A model generated the notes under the pieces. It saw nothing but the letters and a program-made list of their open reading frames with translations, made no database searches and was not told the origin of the DNA. 64,000 nt of DNA from a virus, in IMG/VR virus record IMGVR_UViG_3300017598_000263, positions 7,047 to 71,046 of that record, one strand, 5' to 3'. Shown here in pieces: positions 59,093 to 64,000 of this stretch (its first letter is position 1; every line of letters starts with the position of its first letter). Both the position numbers and the translations under genes were made by a program.

Positions 59093-61033
59093 ATGAATGA
59101 AGAACCGAAGCGTAAAACAAAAGCTCAATTACTAAAAGCTTTTAAAGGTGATCTCAAATCAGCTGACACTCTTCGTTTAGAAGCCGTAGCTAAAAGGGAT
59201 GACTGGAGAGATCAATATAATGGTGAACTCTATGGTAATGAAGTAGACGGTAAATCTAAAATTGTATCAAGAGACATTAAACGTCAGGATGAGTGGCAAC
59301 ATGCCTCAGTCAAAGATCCCTTTGTGTCTGATCAAGATATTATAAAATGTAATCCAATAACATTTGAAGACAAAGAATCAGCTAAACAAAATGAGTTAGT
59401 GTTAAATTACCAATTTACCAGGCAATTTAATCGCTATAAATTTATCACTGATGTAATTAAACTTTATTACTCAGAAGGTACTGTAATTGTAAAAACTGGA
59501 TGGGATTACGAAGACGAGGAAGAAGAAGTTGAAATTCCTGAGTTTGCACTTCATCCACGTACTCAAGAACCAGTACAAGTCGGTTCAAGACTATCTAAAC
59601 AACTAAAAGTAATAACAAATAAACCTGATGGTGAGATATGTAGATTAGAGGATACTTATCTAGATCCAACAGCTGAAGGTGATGTAGGAAAAGCACAATT
59701 TATAATTCACAGATATGAATCTGACATAAGTAGTTTACGTAAAGCTAAAAAGTATAAGAATCTACTTAAGTTAGCTAAAACTTTACGAGAAGAAGATACG
59801 AGTTCTCCTAGTAGAGGTGGAGATGACTTTGATCCTACAGATGATACTGAATTTGTATTTGCTGATGTTGCTCGTAAAAAATTAATTGTTTATGAATACT
59901 GGGGAAATTATGACATTAAAAATACAGGTATTACTACACCAATAGTTTGTACCTGGGTTGATGACGTAATGATTCAGTTAGAAGATAATCCTCTTCCCGG
60001 TCAAGAGCTTCCATTTATAGTATTAGCTAATAACTCAATACCATTCAAGTTATACGGTGAAGCAAATGCTGAATTGATAGGTGATAACCAAAAGGTTAAT
60101 ACAGCTATTAAACGTGGAATATTAGATAACATGTCTAACTCTAATAACTCCCAGAAGGGTATAAAGATAGCTTCGTTAGACCCACTGAATAAAAAACGTT
60201 TCCTTAATGGTAAGAACTTCGAATTTAATGGAAGTCCTACAGATTTCTATGAAGGTAGTTATAACAGCATACCTGCTAGTGTATTCAACGTTATGGAAAT
60301 GATTAATGGTGAAACTGACTCTATGACAGGAGTTAAAGGATTCACTGGTGGAATCGATGGAGGTGCTTTAGGAAGTACAGCCAGAGCTGCTGGAGGAGTC
60401 CTTGATGCTGTATCTGTACGTAGATTAGACATCGTAAGGAATATAGCTGAAAACCTTATAAAACCTCTTATGCGTAAGTGGATGGCTTATAACAGCGAAT
60501 TCCTACGTCCTGAAGAAATTATCCGGGTAACTAATGATGAGTTTGTTCCTATTAGACGTGATGATCTAAAGGGCAACATAGATATAAATATTCACGTATC
60601 TACTGCTGAAGATAATGATGCTAAAGCTAAAGAATTAGCATTCATGCTGCAGACAGGTCAGCAAACAATGGACCCTGGCTCACTAAAGTTGATTCAGATT
60701 GAACTATTCCGTTTAAAGAAAATGCCTGAATTAGCTAAAGCATTAGGAGAATATAAACCTGAACCTGATCCATATGTTGAAGAAATGAAAGAACTTGAGA
60801 AGGAAAAACTCAAATCTGAAATTCGTGAACGTAATTCAAGAGCTACTGAAAATGCTGTTGATATCCGTGCTAAAAATGCTAAAGCTGCATTGGATGAAGC
60901 ACGAGTAAGAAACTTAGATTCAGATACAGATACTAAAGACTTAGATTTTATACGTAAGTCTGAAGGTACAGAGTTTGAAGAAGAAATTGATAAGAAAGTT
61001 ATTGATAGTGAATTATCAAGATCTGTTCAGTAA
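59093..61033 (+). CDS. Portal protein (N4 gp59-like)
   Basis: SKIVSRDIKRQ.EW, VYEYWG, GVKGF.GG and STAE..AK.L.FMLQT motifs. Confidence 0.9.
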   Translation: MNEEPKRKTKAQLLKAFKGDLKSADTLRLEAVAKRDDWRDQYNGELYGNEVDGKSKIVSRDIKRQDEWQHASVKDPFVSDQDIIKCNPITFEDKESAKQNELVLNYQFTRQFNRYKFITDVIKLYYSEGTVIVKTGWDYEDEEEEVEIPEFALHPRTQEPVQVGSRLSKQLKVITNKPDGEICRLEDTYLDPTAEGDVGKAQFIIHRYESDISSLRKAKKYKNLLKLAKTLREEDTSSPSRGGDDFDPTDDTEFVFADVARKKLIVYEYWGNYDIKNTGITTPIVCTWVDDVMIQLEDNPLPGQELPFIVLANNSIPFKLYGEANAELIGDNQKVNTAIKRGILDNMSNSNNSQKGIKIASLDPLNKKRFLNGKNFEFNGSPTDFYEGSYNSIPASVFNVMEMINGETDSMTGVKGFTGGIDGGALGSTARAAGGVLDAVSVRRLDIVRNIAENLIKPLMRKWMAYNSEFLRPEEIIRVTNDEFVPIRRDDLKGNIDINIHVSTAEDNDAKAKELAFMLQTGQQTMDPGSLKLIQIELFRLKKMPELAKALGEYKPEPDPYVEEMKELEKEKLKSEIRERNSRATENAVDIRAKNAKAALDEARVRNLDSDTDTKDLDFIRKSEGTEFEEEIDKKVIDSELSRSVQ

Positions 61034-61128
61034 ATCAAAAAGTTGACTAAACAGTAAAGTATGTTTTAGTATATAGACTGATTTAGTTAACCGGACTCAG
61101 AAATGAGTAACCAAAAAGGTAATATTAG

Positions 61129-61464
61129 ATGAACGAACAAACAGAGTTAGAAACAATTGATACAGAACATCACCTGCTAATGGGTGAAGCATTAAACCGT
61201 TTACGTAAAAATGAAGATTTTCAAAAAGTAATTCTAAACGGTTATTTACAGGATAAAGTTTTAGCATCTGTCAGTTTACTAGGTGTACCTCAGATTAGTG
61301 AGCATGGTAAACGACCAGGTGTTATGGAAGATTTAGTATCTGCTAGTAATCTTCAATACTTTTTCACAACAATAGAAAATTTTTATGAAGGTTGTAAAAA
61401 TCCTATTCTATCTGATGAAGAAGAAGCAGAGTTAGCAGCAGAGCAGGAAAAAGGAACTAACTAA
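61129..61464 (+). CDS. N4 gp58-like protein
   Basis: AL.RL..N.DF.KVIL.GY motif, between portal and scaffold. Confidence 0.65.
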   Translation: MNEQTELETIDTEHHLLMGEALNRLRKNEDFQKVILNGYLQDKVLASVSLLGVPQISEHGKRPGVMEDLVSASNLQYFFTTIENFYEGCKNPILSDEEEAELAAEQEKGTN

Positions 61465-62639
61465 TGGCTAAAGAACTTTCTGAAGAAGAGGTATTTGCAA
61501 ACGACATCGATCCATTAGATGCTATTCGTGAAATCAGAAAAGAAGAAGGTGTTGCAGAAGAAGATCTTATAGTTTCTGATTCTGATACTTCTTCTCAGGA
61601 AGATTCTGTCGAAGACGACGATGAAGATGAATTAGAAAATCTTCAAGAAGAATCGGAATCAAACACTGATACTGATGATAATCAAGATTCAGTAGAGGAT
61701 AACCTTGATACTGAATCTGAACAAAATTCAGATGAAGATGAAGGCCAGGAAGAATTATCAGATGATCCTGATGAAGATGCCGAAAGTGATTCTGATGATA
61801 AAGATACTGAAACTCCTGAAGCTACAAAACGTAAGTTTACAGCTGATGGTAAAGAGTATGAATTTACAGAACAAGAAATGCTTGATCAATTCGAAGTAGT
61901 ATTTGGTCAAGCTGTTAACTTTACACAAAAGACACAAAAGATGGCTCCATTCAGAAAAATGATTTCTGCTTTAGAGTCTGAAGATATATCTGCTGAACAA
62001 CTAAATGTAGCTATCGATGCACTAAAAGGTAATAAGCAAGCTCTACAAACATTGATGAAAGACAATAATATTGATGCTTATGACATAAATGATGGTGAAG
62101 ATAGTGAAAAAGATTCGTATACTCCTACGGATTATGGTAAAAATGACACACAGCTAGATATTGAAGAAGTAATTGGTAAGATTTCCAGTGATACTGAGTA
62201 TCCCGTTACTGTAAACGTCATTGACGAACAGTGGGACGATAACTCCAGAAAAGTTATTCGCAACAACCCTAATATTATATCGGGCTTGCACAATGACATT
62301 AAATCTGGGGTATACGACAAAGTTGCTCCTGTCGCTATGAAAATGAAAGTGCTAGATGGAAATACGAAGTCAGATCTTGAATACTACATGCTTGCAGGTG
62401 AAAAGGTACTATCAGCAGATACACAGAATTCAGCAAATGCTGAACAGACTGTAGCTGAAATGAACCAGGAAGCACAAGGTGCAGATGACAAATTTGACCA
62501 AGCATCATCAGAAGCTCAACGTAAGCGATCATCGTCTTCCACAAGAAAACGATCAGATCGTAAAGCCGTCACCAACTATTTAGATGATGACGATGAAGCA
62601 TACGATGCATGGTATAAAAACCTCCAGGCATCTCAATGA
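61464..62639 (+). CDS. Scaffolding protein (N4 gp57-like)
   Basis: Very acidic N-terminal half, FTADGKEY, upstream of the capsid gene. Confidence 0.75.
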   Translation: MAKELSEEEVFANDIDPLDAIREIRKEEGVAEEDLIVSDSDTSSQEDSVEDDDEDELENLQEESESNTDTDDNQDSVEDNLDTESEQNSDEDEGQEELSDDPDEDAESDSDDKDTETPEATKRKFTADGKEYEFTEQEMLDQFEVVFGQAVNFTQKTQKMAPFRKMISALESEDISAEQLNVAIDALKGNKQALQTLMKDNNIDAYDINDGEDSEKDSYTPTDYGKNDTQLDIEEVIGKISSDTEYPVTVNVIDEQWDDNSRKVIRNNPNIISGLHNDIKSGVYDKVAPVAMKMKVLDGNTKSDLEYYMLAGEKVLSADTQNSANAEQTVAEMNQEAQGADDKFDQASSEAQRKRSSSSTRKRSDRKAVTNYLDDDDEAYDAWYKNLQASQ

Positions 62640-62654
62640 TGAGGATTAGTCAAA

Positions 62655-63971
62655 ATGGCTGATAATATTTACGGCACAACTAGCCGAGCGACTGGTGATT
62701 CTACTCACGGTCAAAACACAATCATTCACTATTATGACAAAGCTGGTGTAAAAGCTGCTAATGCAGTAGCTCTTTATGCTCAATTTGCTGATAGACGTTC
62801 TATGCCCCTTAAAATGGGTACAACATACAAAGTAAGTAAGTGGTTACACATCTTTGATCGTGCAACTAGTCATGGTGACTTTGATACTAAAGGTTACTTA
62901 TCTTCTCGCAATATTGCTGATGTTTCCTCTGGTTTAGCTGATGATGCGGCACTTGCTGAAGGTGCTGGTGCAGTAAATAAGCAGACAATCACTAAAGTAA
63001 CTATCACCACAGATTTTGCTCGTTATGGTGAAATGCTTGATTACACCGATGAAATTGAAATGTTTGCTGAAGACGCAGTTCAGGTGCATTACCGTGAAGA
63101 GTTAGGTTTACTAGCTAATCGTCGTGCTGAAGATCTAGTTCAGTTAGATATGCTTTCATCTACTAACGAAATGTTTGTAGATACAGCTTCATCTCTAGAT
63201 GAAGTTGGTGAAGGTACAACTAATGCTGCTGGTACCGATGACGATGATTCACGAGTTAACTACGATCTAATCCGTAAGGGTGTTCGTCGTTTAGTTCGTA
63301 ATCGTGCTGAGAAAAATACTTCTATTATCACTGGTTCAACTAAAGTTGATACTCGTGTAGTCAATAAAGCGTTCTACGCTATTATTGGTCCAGAAGTAAA
63401 GTATGACCTTGAGACAGTAGTTAAAGGTGAAGTTACTGCTGGTGGTGTTGCTGAATATGCATATATTCCTGCATACAAGTACGCTGATGCTGCTAACCTG
63501 GCTGAAGGTGAAGTTGGTGCAATGAATGATGTACGTTTCATTGAATCAGAATCTGCAGTTATCTACGCTGGTCGTGGTGCTGTTGTTTCTCCATCAGAAG
63601 CTGCTGATACTTACACAGGCACTTTATCTACTACTACTTTTGCTAGTGGTGCTGCTGCTGCAACTGCTCGTGATGACGCTGTTACTGGCGTATATGATCG
63701 CGTAGGTGATGCATATGGTGCAGCTGGTGACGGTACTGATGCTCTTGAGTACTTTGATGTATTCCCAATCCTTTTCCCAACTAAAGGCTCTTTCGCTACA
63801 GTTGGTCTTAAAGGTCACGGTAAAATCAAGTTTAATGCTCAAGCACCAAGTAAGCTTGAATTAAGTAATCCTTATGGAACTACTGGATTCTTCTCTTACA
63901 ACATGTGGTATGCCGGTCTTATTCTTCGTGAAGAACGTTTACTGAAGATACTGGTTTGTGCATCTGCATAA
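62655..63971 (+). CDS. Major capsid protein (N4 gp56 family)
   Basis: MPLKMG, EGAGAVN, GSTKVDT, KYADA...GEVG and NPYG.TGF.S..WY motifs. Confidence 0.93.
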   Translation: MADNIYGTTSRATGDSTHGQNTIIHYYDKAGVKAANAVALYAQFADRRSMPLKMGTTYKVSKWLHIFDRATSHGDFDTKGYLSSRNIADVSSGLADDAALAEGAGAVNKQTITKVTITTDFARYGEMLDYTDEIEMFAEDAVQVHYREELGLLANRRAEDLVQLDMLSSTNEMFVDTASSLDEVGEGTTNAAGTDDDDSRVNYDLIRKGVRRLVRNRAEKNTSIITGSTKVDTRVVNKAFYAIIGPEVKYDLETVVKGEVTAGGVAEYAYIPAYKYADAANLAEGEVGAMNDVRFIESESAVIYAGRGAVVSPSEAADTYTGTLSTTTFASGAAAATARDDAVTGVYDRVGDAYGAAGDGTDALEYFDVFPILFPTKGSFATVGLKGHGKIKFNAQAPSKLELSNPYGTTGFFSYNMWYAGLILREERLLKILVCASA

Positions 63972-64000
63972 TATTGCAACTGACTAAGTAGAACCCCCGA

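Noticed and set aside
1-64000. Alternative genetic code or integrase/lysogeny module
   Set aside because: Core genes are intact in code 11 with all three stop codons used; no integrase or repressor cassette was recognised.

Overview
The window holds most of an AT-rich, lytic N4-like (Schitoviridae-type) podophage genome, from a divergent lineage and probably infecting a Gram-negative gammaproteobacterium (spanins, Vibrio/Shewanella-type ThyA). It is permuted relative to the N4 map. 1-12.5 kb (+) encodes ejection proteins and a virion RNA polymerase split into two genes. 12.5-43.1 kb (-) is the early/middle region: single-chain T7-type RNAP, SF1 helicase, MoxR-type AAA, primase, split DNA polymerase A, PD-(D/E)XK nuclease, Sak4-like ATPase, SSB, ThyA, dNMP kinase, homing endonucleases and many small ORFs. 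The strands diverge near 43.15 kb, the likely genome end. 43.3-64 kb (+) carries candidate anti-defence sponge genes, RepL-like HTH genes, terminase, tail and receptor-binding genes, lysis genes, portal, scaffold and major capsid protein. Four observations stand out. (1) The two vRNAP halves contain only two cysteines in about 3,090 aa, one on each side of the split, suggesting a disulfide link. (2) A tRNA-like RNA with a GAU anticodon has an 83-nt structured variable arm and lies among many structured intergenic RNAs. (3) A tmRNA tag plus pseudoknot remnant is capped by an HNH gene. (4) A LamG-like tail domain lacks its last strand, which appears at the N-terminus of two alternative downstream proteins. 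All family calls come from motif recognition by eye and all RNA pairings from manual inspection; no searches or folding programs were run.
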